DNA from: Macrostomum lignano
Taxonomy: Eukaryota
Assembly: GCA_002269645.1 (NCBI GenBank)
Contig: NIVC01000264.1
Location: 186,001-250,000, forward strand
DNA length: 64,000 bases
Reading direction: 5' to 3'
How positions within the stretch are numbered: the stretch's first letter is position 1; each line of letters opens with the position of its first letter. This document shows, in pieces, positions 11,132 through 42,130 of this stretch. Both the position numbers and the translations under genes were made by a program. The notes under the pieces are model-generated. The model did not search any database and was not told the origin of the DNA. It saw nothing but the letters and a program-made list of their open reading frames with translations.

Positions 11132-13715
11132 ATGGACTTTAAAAAAATTGCCGGAGGAATTACAGCTTCGATAAATCGGGCAGTTCAGGTAATTTTTCAT
11201 TATTTTTGTTCCGTCTTTTTTACAGATTCATTTATTATTAAGATATTTAATTATAATAGGACAAATTAAATAAAAAATTAAAATACTTTGACAATCAACT
11301 TTCTCGAATGATTTACATAAATACTGTATTTTCTATGAATAAAGTTTCGGTTTATATTCTTTGATTTTTTGATTACAGCTCACAGAAGAGAAACTGGGAC
11401 AGACTGAGCGCACTCAATATGACGCTGAGTTTGAGGCGCTCCTGCTGCTGGCCGACCGCTCCGAGAAGTGGACGGAGCGCATGGCCAAGGCGTCCGAGGC
11501 CGTGATGCAGCCCAACCCGGCCTACCGGGTGGAGGATTTCTTCAGCGGCAAGCTGGAAGCTGCCGGGCACCGGCGTCGGGAGCGGCCCTCGCCGCTCGAG
11601 GAGCTGGGCAGCGCGCTGGTGGCTGCCAGCAGCGAGATCGGCGGCATTGGAGTCGACGAAGGCGGCGGCGGCGGGATCAAGTTTACTGCGCAGGTGACTG
11701 TGGGAGTGATAAGACATCCCTCAATAGCACACAAGAAGCCTGTTGGGGGATCCCCATTTCCTGTAGCTCATAATCCCTATTTCCTGTAACTCATAGTCTC
11801 CAATTCCTGTAGCTCATAATCCCCCAATTCCTGTAGCTCATAATCCCCAATTCCTGTAGCTCATAATCCCCAATTCCTGTAGCTCATAATCCCCATTTCC
11901 TATAGCTCATAATCCCCAACTCCTGTAGCTCATAATCCCCAACTCCTGTAGCACAAAACCCCATTTCCTGTAGCTCATAGTCCCCATTTCCTGTAGCTCA
12001 TAGTCCCCATTTCCTGTAGCTCATAGTCCCCATTTCCTGTAGCTCATAGTCCCCATTTCCTGTAGCTCATAGTCCCCAGTTCCTGTAGCTCATAGTCCCC
12101 AGTTCCTGTAGCTCATAATCCCCAATTCCTGTAGCTCATAATCCCCAATTCCTGTAGCTCATAGTCCCCAGTTCCTGTAGCTCATAGTCCCCAGTTCCTG
12201 TAGCTCATAATCCCCGATTCCTGTAGCACAAAACCCCATTTCCTGTAGCTCATAGTCCCCATTTCCTGTAGCTCATAATCCCCATTTCCTGTAGCTAATA
12301 ACCCCCATTTCCTGTAGCTCATAGTCCCCATTTCCTGTAGCTCATAATCCCCAATTCCTGTAGCTAATAACCCCCATTTCCTGTAGCTCATAGTCCCCAT
12401 TTCCTGTGTACTTCAGAATGTCATTTCTGCAGCTCAACATCTCCATCATCTGTGGTTCGAATCCTTTAATTTCACCCAGCCAGAATCCGAAATTCCTCTT
12501 CTTCCCAAAGACTTCATCAGATGGCGCCGCCGCCACGGCCCGCTACGCGAAGTCGCTGGCGTTGGCGGGCCACGCTGAGCTGCGCCTCGCCCAGCTGGAG
12601 GCGGACTTCTTGGCCAGCTGCGGCAGCGCCTTTGTCGCTCCGCTGCGCGCCCATCTGGCTGGCGATGCGCGCTCGCTGCGTAAAGAGCGCCGGTCGCTGG
12701 AGATTTTCCGATTGGATCTTGACTGGGCCAGGACCAGGCTGCGCAGGTGCGGTGATGATGAGGCGGCGAGGAGAGCGGTGAGTGGAGCACTGAAGCTGTA
12801 CAGTTCTGAATACAAGGGCGGATCTAGAAGCTTATAATGCTGCCCGCTTACTAAATAATAGCGGCGCTTAATGAATGATAGCGGCGCTTACTGAAACTAC
12901 AATAGGTGTTAAGGAATGATAGCGGCGCTTACTGAAAAGACAGTGGCACTTACTGAATAATAAAGGCTCTTACTGAATGACAGGGGCGCTTACTGAAATG
13001 ATAGCAAAGCTTACTGAAACGAGAATAGTGCTTAATGAATGATAGCGGCGCTTACTGAATGACAGTGGCGCTTACTGAATGACAGCGGCGCTTACTGGAA
13101 TGACAGTGGCGCTTACTGAATGACAGCGGCGCTTACTGGGATGACAGTGGCGCTTACTGAATGATAGCGGCGCTTACTGAATGACAGCGGCGCTTACTGA
13201 ATGACAGTGGCGCTTACTGAATGATAGCGGCGCTTACTGAATGATAGCGGTGATTACTATACCAGCACTTACTGTAGAATTAGTTGGGTAGCAGCGCTTA
13301 CTGTAGGATTTGGAAGATAGTGGCGCTTTCTGAAGAATGGTGAGTGCGGCGGCGCTTACCAAAACGTTTTGAATGTCCTACCAATCTACTACTGCAAGTA
13401 AGTGAATTGGAAATTTCAGGCAGAACAGGAGTGCGACAAAATGGAGGCGGAATTTGAGCATCAGTTGCGAGTAACCCGACTGCTTTTAGAAGGAGTCAAC
13501 GCTACTCATGTGAGCACAGCGCTTTCATTGAGGTGAAATTGTCGACTAGTATATTTTGCTTCGATTATTTACAATTCATATCTCTACACGTCACCATCAA
13601 GGACTACCACCTGAACTGCCTGAACGAGTTGGTGGCAGCTCAGCTGAACTACCACTCCGAGTGCCTGAATCGGCTGCAGCAGCTTCAGAGACAAATGGCC
13701 GACAAGACTGAATAA
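11132..13715 (+). CDS. SH3GLB1: Endophilin-B-like N-BAR protein, 280 aa, no SH3 before the stop; exons 11132-11188, 11379-11693, 12511-12777, 13420-13509, 13602-13715
   Basis: MDFKKIAGGITASINRAVQ|LTEEKLGQTERTQYD...VMQPNPAYRVEDF...LAPLRAHLAGDARSLRKERRSLEIFRLDLDWARTRL...TRLLLEGVNATH|DYHLNCLNELVAAQLNYH matches the endophilin B BAR domain. All introns are phase 0 GT-AG. Confidence 0.88.
11750..12410. repeat. 23-bp intronic minisatellite (ttcctgtagctcataatccccaa)
   Basis: About 28 copies in endophilin intron 2. Confidence 0.9.
12850..13265. repeat. 20-21-bp intronic minisatellite (ggcgcttactgaatgacagc)
   Basis: About 19 copies in endophilin intron 3. Confidence 0.9.
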
Positions 13716-14688
13716 AGTTTTGCCCGTTTCTCTACTTGCAGTAGCAAGTTGAGCGTTTTTTATCCAATTTCTGGATGCCAGTTCAACTGAAAGCCGACTA
13801 TACTAAATGACATTAAGGCGTTAAGCGAAAGATGTCTAACTGAACACTTCCAAAAATAGCAGCTTTGAATCACGGCTTCTTTTCCTTCTGATAACGCGTT
13901 TTTTACATTTATTTTGCTTTAATTAAATTTGTTATACCTCGCTTCTTTATTTAAAAAAACTGTTGAATTTTGAATTTCAATTTAACCACGGTGAAACTAG
14001 TCCTGAGGTGCGGTGCAACTTTGCTTCCGTCTGACTATCGCGGGAAGACCACGCGATAATACTACTTACTGCGAGAGTAGCTTGAAGACATCGGTTGATA
14101 GATTTTTGTTACATGTATGTACCGTATATGTAGAAATGTATTTTTATTTATTTAATCTTATACTCGTAAAGGTAAATAGTGCTGCATTGAAATATTTTTT
14201 TTCATAAGATGCTCATAAACTCTAAGTACCTTATTGCCTATTAAATATATCGTTTTAATCTCTATTTGAGCAGCTTTTTTGAATCAATTAGTATGCTCTA
14301 GACAAGGACTTCTATAATTAGCATCTGGAGTGGAAACGAGGTTTTGACTCCTTTGGATCTGTTGGGACATTTGATGGAATTCGCGGGAAAACCATCGAAA
14401 AGAAAAGCCTAACAGGAACTGTCCTTCTCTTAAGCCACTTATAATGACAAAATGTGCTGAGAGCACAGAGCCATAGACATTCAATGCTGGACTGACGTGT
14501 AAAAAATTAAATTAATCTTTCCACTCCAGATGCTGATTATAGAACTCCTTGGCTCTAGAGAACGCAAAGCGCTGAATGAAGTTTGGCCATAGACAAATTC
14601 TGTCGATAAAAATCGAGATTTCTCGAGAGCCTACTAGGAGCCTTAGCTCCCTGCCACGGAAATGAATAAACGGGGAATAACTGATACT

Positions 14689-14977
14689 GATTACACCTGC
14701 CATAATGGGCAGATGCGCAACCAACAGCTCAGCCGCAGCTATTGCGCAACGCATCTGAAGGCTGCGTACGGCTGTTCAGTCCAAGGACTGGGGGTCGCCA
14801 CACTCACCCTCAATTACCCCAGCTCATGCTGACACCCATTTTACAGCTGGGTGAACTGCAGCACTGCAAAGTTAAGTGTCTTGCTCAATGACACAAATTG
14901 TTGCTAGTGGGATCGGGAATCGAACCGCCGACCTTCAAGTCGTGAGTGCGAGGCTCTAACCACGAGGCTACAACCCC
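14689..14977 (-). mobile_element. tRNA-derived SINE with MIR/CORE-like central domain, copy 1
   Basis: Minus strand: A-box-like TAGCCTCGTGG, B box GGTTCGATTCC, then TGTGTCATTGAGCAAGACACTTAAC...CAGTTCACCCAGCTGTAAAATGGG. A second copy lies at 60913-61161. Confidence 0.8.
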
Positions 14978-15942
14978 AAGAGTAAATGCACTAGCGTTAA
15001 CGACAGATATGTGTACTATAAATCTACAATATCCGCCGAAATTTGTTCTGTGGAAATGAAAGTCCGAGACTGCAGCGCAGCTATCCGGCCGAGGCGAAGC
15101 AGTCTTCTTGGACTCAATTTGAGGCCAGTTGTATGAAGTCTGACCATAGACTACGCGAAAGTGAGACATCCTACGGAAAAGAAAGGCCAAGTTAAATAAG
15201 CCATTAATCAGTTTCAGTACGGTAGGTTAAATGGCCTCCAGGTGGTTTCTAAGAAAATCGAGAGTAATCGAGAGTCCACGCTTCAAGTTCATAACTATGC
15301 TGGCAATAAATAATAAAAATAAGCTGTATTTATTGTTGTTATGCCCTCGAGAGCAAATCGGCGGCCAAGGCTTAGTGGATGCTGGTATTCGCATATATTT
15401 ATTTGATATAATAATTTATCAGGTTTGCAACAGATCTACCAGCTCATAATTAAACAGCAGTTTATATCTTCACAGACGTTCAGATTCTCACTACTAGCTG
15501 GGAATATAAAAATAAATGTGTTGAGAGGGTTGCATACAATATAATGTGCTGTGTCCATGAGGTATGCTTTGTATTATTATGGAGAGCGAGAGAGAGAGAG
15601 AGCGAATTCGAAAAAGTGCCTCAAAACGTTTTGAAAAATAATAAAATTTGAACGTGCGCCAAAGTATGTTCAGTGCAGTAAAACAAATGAGCTTTAGTCA
15701 GATAGTATTGATTGCTGGGATTTTGGACTGTTATTTAGGGATAGCTCAGGGATTAGCGAGAATACAGGAAATGAGATACATGTACTGCATACAGTGTAAA
15801 GTGCGGTCTGGTGCAAAATCACCCAATGCCAGTTTGCCTTATTCAATGCAGTCAGACAAGTTTTTTGAAGTCAGCGCATTGTTGCTTGCGACGGGCAAGA
15901 TTGCCGCTATGACTTGCGAGTCTGGAAAATTAATTATCATTG

Positions 15943-16053
15943 TAGCTAAACTGTCTGTAAGCTGTAGCTAAACTGTCTGTAAGCTGTAGCTAAACTGTCT
16001 GTAAGCTGTAGCTAAACTGTCTGTAAGCTGTAGCTACTGTAAACTGTCTGTAA
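15943..16053. repeat. 22-bp minisatellite (gctgtagctaaactgtctgtaa) just 3' of the collagen stop
   Basis: About 5 copies. Confidence 0.85.
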
Positions 16054-16091
16054 GCAATACCTGCAGCAGTCAACCGTCCGTGACGCACCTT

Positions 16092-34686
<18,595 letters not shown>

Positions 34687-35059
34687 GCTGACCCAGACTG
34701 CGAAACTCTGTCTCAGATGCAAGACTGCTCGGCGCGGAGCTGTCTTTCTTGCGTTAAAGATGAAATACAGTCCAAACTGGGCCAGAACTTCAGTACTATG
34801 GCGCACAGGGGGACCAGGCTTGCAAGCGAAGCCTATTGGCTCATAGAGGTGCAGCCAATAGGCATGCGGATTTTCAAACTCTTAGACAGATTCAGACTAT
34901 AGTTGAGTTTGATGACATCATACGAGTAATCGCTGGCTAATGACCCGACTGACACCTTTGAAAGAGTACTGACATCCCTGCACCTGACACCTTGATTTGA
35001 GATGACATTTTGCTAGCGACCTGACAGACTACAGAGACCCAACATCCATTCGAGATCCG

Positions 35060-36430
35060 ACACCTTTGTTACATAGCTATCTGACATTTTTACCCGAGCT
35101 CTGACACCTTTGTTACATAGCGATCTGACATCTTTACCCGAGCTCTGACACCTTTGTTACATAGCGATCTGACATCTTTACCCGAGCTCTGACACCTTTG
35201 TTACATAACGATCTGACATCTTTACCCGAGCTCTGACACCTTTGTTACATAGCGATCTGACATCTCTACCCGAGCCCTGACACCTTTGTTACATAGCGAT
35301 CTGACATCTTTACCCGAGCCCTGACACCTTTGTTACATAGCGATCTGACATCTTTACCCGAGCTCTGACACCTTTGTTACATAGCGATCTGACATTTTTA
35401 CCAGAGCCCTGACACCTTTGTTACATAGCGATCTGACATCTTTACCCGAGCTCTGACACCTTTGTTACATAGCGATCTGACATTTTTACCCGAGCCCTGA
35501 CACCTTTGTTACATAGCGATCTGACATCTTTACCCGAGCCCTGACACCTTTGTTACATAGCGATCTGACATCTTTACCAGAGCCCTGACACCTTTGTTAC
35601 ATAGCGATCTGACATCTTTACCCGAGCTCTGACACCTTTGTTACATAGCGATCTGACATCTCTACCCGAGCCCTGACACCTTTGTTACATAGCGATCTGA
35701 CATCTTTACCCGAGCCCTGACACCTTTGTTACATAGCGATCTGACATCTCTACCCGAGCCCTGACACCTCTGTTACATAGCGATCTGACATCTTTACCCG
35801 AGCTCTGACACCTTTGTTACATAGCGATCTGACATCTTTACCAGAGCTCTGACACCTTTGTTACATAGCGATCTGACATCTTTACCAGAGCTCTGACACC
35901 TTTGTTACATAGCGAACTGACATCTTTACCAGAGCCCTGACACCTTTGTTACATAGCTATCTGACATCTTTACCCGAGCTCTGACACCTTTGTTACATAG
36001 CTGTCTGACATTTTTACCCTAGCCCTGACACCTTTGTTACATAGCTATCTGACATCTTTACCCGAGCTCTGACACCTTTGTTACATAGCGATCTGACATC
36101 TCTACCCGAGCTCTGACACCTTTGTTACATAGCTATCTGACATCTTTACCCGAGCTCTGACACCTTTGTTACATAGCTGTCTGACATTTTTACCCGAGCT
36201 CTGACACCTTTGTTACATAGCGATCTGACATTTTTACCCGAGCTCTGACACCTTTGTTACATAGCGATCTGACATCTCTACCCGAGCCCTGACACCTTTG
36301 TTACATAGCGATCTGACATTTTTACCCGAGCTCTGACACCTTTGTTACATAGCTGTCTGACATTTTTACCCTAGCTCTGACACCTTTGTTACATAGCGAT
36401 CTGACATCTTTACCCGAGCTCTGGCACCTT
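35060..36430. repeat. 44-bp minisatellite (ctgacacctttgttacatagcgatctgacatctttacccgagct)
   Basis: About 31 copies; unit starts at 35101 and 35145. Confidence 0.95.
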
Positions 36431-36646
36431 TGCCCGTAGTAGGCAGTCAATCTACTGGATCGCAAATCAAATCTACCCCAATAAAATTACGAAATTAACA
36501 AAGCCGGAAAAAGTCAGTCAACAGAAACAGTTGTTCACACCCTTTCCGCAAGTACGCGGGGCCCTTCGACACAAAAATCCAAGATTTGTAATTATTTTCC
36601 AATAGTAAATTTATATTAATTTTATTATTATTAGTTACCTTGGATA

Positions 36647-36750
36647 ACTACAGCCTGAGCAGATGGCACAGGGCAAGCGCACACGGCGGACCAGCAGAAC
36701 AGGTGTGGCAGCGGTAATGGCAACGGGAAAGGAGGCAGATGAAGCGGCTA
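36647..36750 (-). other. Probable non-coding 5' UTR exon of the collagen gene
   Basis: Minus-strand acceptor ctaattcatag and donor CAAG|gtaact; a downstream acceptor near 34752 precedes the collagen ATG. Confidence 0.35.
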
Positions 36751-37199
36751 TGAATTAGTGGACGAGATTTTTAGCAAGCTTATTGCTGATTGGCCGGCCA
36801 GATTTCAACTTTCTAGCCCCCTGGCAGACAGCCACCCCATCCTCCGCCATCTGATTGGCCAACACCAATTCCTCCAAAAATACCAGGAATCAACGAAGCA
36901 GCAAGTGGGGCGTATGTACAGAAGACAAGCGGATGCTATATAAAAGGTGGCGGCAGTTACATGAGCATTCGGTGAGGGGGGAGAATGGCAGCTGATGAGT
37001 GAGTGGCACAGTAACAAGCAAAGAGTTCTGAGGGACTGGGAGAGCAAAATCGCAGCACCGAGTGTCTTCTTCTAATGCTGTTGCATCTTTGAAATAGGAA
37101 AATGCCACCAACTTTGGCAGCGAGTGAGAAGTGGAGGAAAATTCTAAATGAATGCAGAGTAAGCCTTGGACGAGATTGGGTAGGAATTAAGACTAGGAA

Positions 37200-37370
37200 A
37201 GGGTGAGATTAATTTAGAGACTGGTTAAGATTAAAGAGAGACTTTCTGAGATTAATAGAGACTGGGTGAGATAAATTAAGAAACTGGGTGAGGTAAATTG
37301 AGAGACTGCGTGAGATAAATTAAGAGACTGGGGTGAGATAAACTGAGAGACTGGGTGAGATAAACTGAGA
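37200..37370. repeat. Degenerate ~22-bp repeat (gagactgggtgagataaatt)
   Basis: About 7 divergent copies. Confidence 0.7.
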
Positions 37371-38084
37371 GAAAATGCTAGTCAGGATGGAGATTAAAGA
37401 CAGCAAGTGAGACGGCAGGTTGCAAACCGGCTAAAGAGAGGAAAAGCAGACCAAGTGAGGCAAGCAAATGTAAGTAAGGAGAGACACAGCAGGTGAACAG
37501 AGCAAGTTGCTCAGCGGGCGGGCTTGCAAAGACAAGTTACAAAAAAGACAACAAAAAGGCTGGGGGCAACAGAGCATAAAACTTTGGATTAACTGCATTT
37601 AGTGCGGCTGCGGTGAGCGAATCAAATATACAGGTAATCAATCATAAGCAGAGACTGCAGTTGGTGAAGTTATGAATTAGCAAATCAGATCAACTATTAG
37701 AGAGAAATTATGCAGCTGACTGAGAGACCAGCTGGGTGGTGACGGGGGACTGGGGGCTCATGGACTGCGGCAGACTTTTAATTTACTATTTTAAAAAATA
37801 AATAAAAACTTGTAACCTGGACACGATAAAAAGCCAAGAGGGTCGTTCGGGAGAACAAAAGCACTAATAATAAGAAATACGCAGACACGGTTGTAAAACT
37901 GGCGGTCAAATATTTGGCAGCTGGGCTGGGTTGGCCAGTGAGGTTCGTGCGCGCGGCAGAATGTACATTGGAGGAGAGGAGAGGGGGTGGGGGCGGCGCC
38001 GCACTCTCGTTGAGGCGCATCAGGAAGAGGGGGGCAAAACGACACAATGTACACGCCTTTCTAGCTTAACGGCAAATTTCCCTA

Positions 38085-38700
38085 AAGTGTACGCTAGAAT
38101 GTACATTCCGCAGATGTACACTAGAATGTACATCAGCCTGATGCACACTAGAATGTACATTCCCAATGTACACTAGAATGTACATTCCCGATGTACACTA
38201 GAATGTACATTCCCCTGATGTACACTAGAATGTACATTCCCGATGTACACTAGAATGTACATTCCCCTGATGTACACTAGAATGTACATTCCCGATGTAC
38301 ACTAGAATGTACATTTCCGATGTACACTAGAATGTACATTCCCGATGTACACTAGAATGTACATTCCCGATGTACACTAGAATGTACATTCCCCAGATGT
38401 ACATTAGAATGTACAACACACTGATGTACACTAGAATGTACATTCCACAGTTGTACACTAGAATGTACATCAGCCTGATGCACACTAGAATGTACATTCC
38501 CGATTTACACTAGAATGTACATTCCCCAGATGTACATTAGAAAGTACAACACACTGATATACACTAGAATGTACATTCCGCAGATGTACACTAGAATGCA
38601 CATTCCGCTGATGTACACTAGAATGTAAATTTCCCGGATGTACAATAGAATGCAAATTCCGCTGATGTACACTAGAATGTACATTTCTCTGATGTACACG
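38085..38700. repeat. 25-27-bp minisatellite (tgtacactagaatgtacattcccga)
   Basis: About 23 copies. Confidence 0.9.
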
Positions 38701-39375
38701 AGAATGCACAGTTTTGGGTGTACAAAAGTACATTAGACCCTGGAACATGACAGGAAAAGCGTGTACATACAGTCAAACAAAGCAGATAATAGTAAAAAGC
38801 ATACAGCAAAAGCTCCAAGCGTCATGCGCATAGAATGAGAATCAACCAACTCGCCTATTGCATGCACTGGGGCTGGCAGGCAGGTAAAAAATAGACAAAA
38901 TAAATCGCTGACCGGGAACTGAGTCCTGTGTGAAATAAACGAAACTTATTAAAATAAGACTGGGTCGGGTTCTCAACCTCTGGCAAGATCAGCGGTTGTC
39001 GCTGATGAATCAGGTCTCTGGAAAATCGGGGGGGGGGGGTCGCAGCTCCCACTACCGGAAGACGGTGGGCGGCGGGCAGCGGCAGCGGAAATAAAGTCAA
39101 AAAAGGTCAAAATAACTCATTATCAGCAAATAAATAGAAAGATAAATGACACGGAGGAAATGGGAAGCAAAATATAATAAAAAAATACATACAGAGATGG
39201 ATAGGGAATTCCACACGGATACAAGCGGAACTCGGGCCTGATAAAAAGCAGCTATGCTCCTCAGTCTCTGCCAGTTTGATAACAAATTTGTACAGAATAG
39301 GGAGAGGCTGGGCGGGGACGAAGAGCAAGAGGAGGAGACGCTCTGGCACACAACTGCACAACCCCAAATGCCAGT

Positions 39376-42130
39376 CTAGTGGGGATGGCTGGAGACGGAC
39401 AGGTAGGTGTGGGCGCCGCGATTCTCGGGAGTGCCGCCAGGTACAAAGGAGCCCGGCGGCCGGACCACGCCCACATTGTAGTTTGGCGGGAACTGCGGCT
39501 GCTGCTGCGGCTGAGGAGAGAAGAACTGCTGCTGCTGTCTGCTTCGTGGACCCCGCTGCTGCTGCTGCTGCTGAGGCACCGCGTAGCCAACAGCTGCCGG
39601 GGCAACAGCGGGATGATGCTGCGGCATGGGGACAGCGAGCGAGTGCAGCTGCGGATGGAACTGCTGGTGCTGCGGCTGGTAGAACTGAATGGCAGCGGAG
39701 GCGGCCTGGTGGGCCTGGGGAGCGGCATAGTAGGCCTGGTGAGGGTCCGGCAGTGCCGCTGGAGCGGCGGCTCCGTAGGGCCAGGCGGCCGGGGGAGCCA
39801 TGGCTATCATTGGACCGGCGGCCGCCGCGTACTGGGCGGCCACGGCGGCCATCGCCGATGGGTTGTGCGGCTGCGGCTGCAGAGGCGCGGCCGGCTGCTG
39901 CTGCTGCGGCTGAGGAATCTGGGCCGGGCCGGACACCTGAACCTGCGGCTGCTGGGGCATGGGAGCCGGCACGTACTGAGGCTGCGGCGGCGGCGGTGGC
40001 GGCGGCGGAGGAGGCTGGTGGGCCTGATGATGATGGTGGTGATGTGGAGCCGGCGGCGGGGGCGGCGGCATCGGGTGCTGGTGATGCTGGGCAAAGTGGC
40101 CGTGAGGAGGATGATGAGGTGGCCCGTGATGCTGCACTGGCATCATCTGTTGGTACCTGGCCATACGTCGCTCCTCCTTTCTCTGCTTGGCTCGCTCAGA
40201 CACTGGCCGGGCCATACTGACCGACAGCTGATTTCCGGCCAGCTCCGTCCCGTTCATGGCCTCCACCGCGCGGACCGCCGCGTCCCGATTGGCGAAGTGC
40301 ACGAAAGCGTACTCGGACTGCACCAGGCGGACTCGCTCTGGCTGGCCGCAGTCTGCGCCAGCGAAGGCCTCGGCCAGCTGCTGCTCAGTGACTGACGGCG
40401 AGATGCCGCGAACGTAGACGGCGCGGACCGTCTCTAGCGCGGCCGGGTCTGGCTCCTCCAGCGGGTCGGCCCAGTCCACCCAAACGTCGGCGGCGGCCGG
40501 CCAGACGCGGGGCTGGCGCTGCAGACGGCGCCTGGCTGCGCTGGCCGCGCTGTGCTTCTTGAATTCAACGAAGCAGAAGCCGCGATTCTTGCGCTGTACG
40601 CCGGGGACGCCGCCGCCGCCGTTGGGGCCGGTTGGCGCGGTCACGATGACGTCAACAACGCCGTCGAGGTGGCTCTGGAAGTCGGCTAGCAGCTCCTCGC
40701 GGCTCTTCGTCTTTGGCACGTTGCCGACAAACAGGCGCAGATTGGGGTTGGTGATGTTCACCTGGGAGAGGCGGGGTAAACGGCGGGAGTAACTATGCAA
40801 TTCCAAACAATAGTAAGTACGCCGTCACCATATCAGCAATGGGCAAGGTAATAATTGTTCCTCCAATCTCTACCCTCTCTCACTGTATCTCTACCCCACT
40901 TTCACTGTATCTCTACCCTCTCTCAGTGTATCTCTACCCCTCTTACTGTATCTATACCCCTCTCTCACTGAATCTCTACCCCTCTCTCACTGTATCTGTG
41001 CCCCTCTCTCATTGTATCTGTACCCCTCACTCACTCCTCACTCTCTCTCTCTCCCTCTCTCTCTCGCCCTCTCAACCGACCTGCAGGTGCCGCCGCGTAG
41101 CAGCCTCGTAGCCGTTGAACTTCTCCACAGCCGCGGCAGCGTCCTCTTTGTCGGCGTAGCACACGAAGCCGAAGCCGCGGCAGCAGCCGGTGTTCGGGTC
41201 CACCATGACGCGAACATCGCACACGTTGCCAACACTGGAAAACAGCTCGTACAGCTGGTCCTCGTACATGCCTCTGGGCAGATGGCCGACAAACACTTCC
41301 CGGCCGGCGGGGTCCAGCGCCGCCTGCGGGGAGTAGCAAGCAAATGGGAAGACAGGCCTCAGCTAGGAGGTCCCGGGCTGGAAACCAGACGGGGCCACAT
41401 TTCAACTAACAGCAATAAGTGGTGGCTAATTTAGTCCGTTCCGCACCACACATTCAGTTGAGGCTTGTAGCACGAAACTTTGACCCGGGGGTCAGGGCCT
41501 GCTGCTGTACATCCTGTGTGAGCGTTTGCATAAGGCGATACTCCGGGGCGCTCACAACACTCCTGCGAATATACTCAGCAACAGTACTCACTCACTAAAG
41601 AATGTCCCTTCAGGACGCCATAAGTACTAACAAGCGCAAATCACCTGCTCTCCATTGGTTGCCGGTCCCAGTCGGCGCTGGCCAACAGTGACGAAGTGCT
41701 CCAGCCCGGTGCGCTCCAGCAGAGCTTTCAGCGCCTGCGGATCGGGGCCCAGATTGCCCGGTCCAGCCGCCTGCGGCTGCTGCTGGTAGCGGTACTGCTG
41801 ATAGTGCTGCTGCTGATGCTGGCCACCGCCGTTGCCAATGACAACGCCGTTAGGAACCGGCCTTGCCGCAGAGTCGCCAGCGCCAGTGGCTACATTAGTT
41901 GATGATGAGGCCGCTTGGTCAGCTGGTGGAGCCTCCGCAGTGGATGACTCATCGTCAGTGTCCAGTGTGCCATTGCCATTCTGCTTTGGTGGCTGCGGCG
42001 TTGCTTTCGTATCCAAGGACACCGCCTCCATGGCTGAGGCAGCAGACTCTGCATCAGCTGCTGCCTCGGCTGCTGGAGCGGGCATCTTGGCTGGGCCCGC
42101 CTTTGATTTGCTCGATGCCGCCTTTGACAT
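39376..42130 (-). CDS. SYNCRIP: hnRNP Q/R (SYNCRIP)-like triple-RRM protein; exons 42130-41645, 41323-41081, 40761-39376
   Basis: GPDPQALKALLERTG...VTVGQRRLG; RRM1 EVFVGHLPR...VMVDPNTGCCRGFGFV; RRM2 RLFVGNVPKTKSRE...KNRGFCFVEF...AARRRL...VDWADPLEEPDP; RRM3 AFVHF...AVEAMNG. These are hallmark hnRNP Q/R motifs. The symbol could equally be HNRNPR. Confidence 0.9.

Noticed and set aside
14905-14977. tRNA-like sequence with A and B boxes
   Set aside because: No clean acceptor stem; it continues into a body shared with a second dispersed copy, so it is a SINE head.
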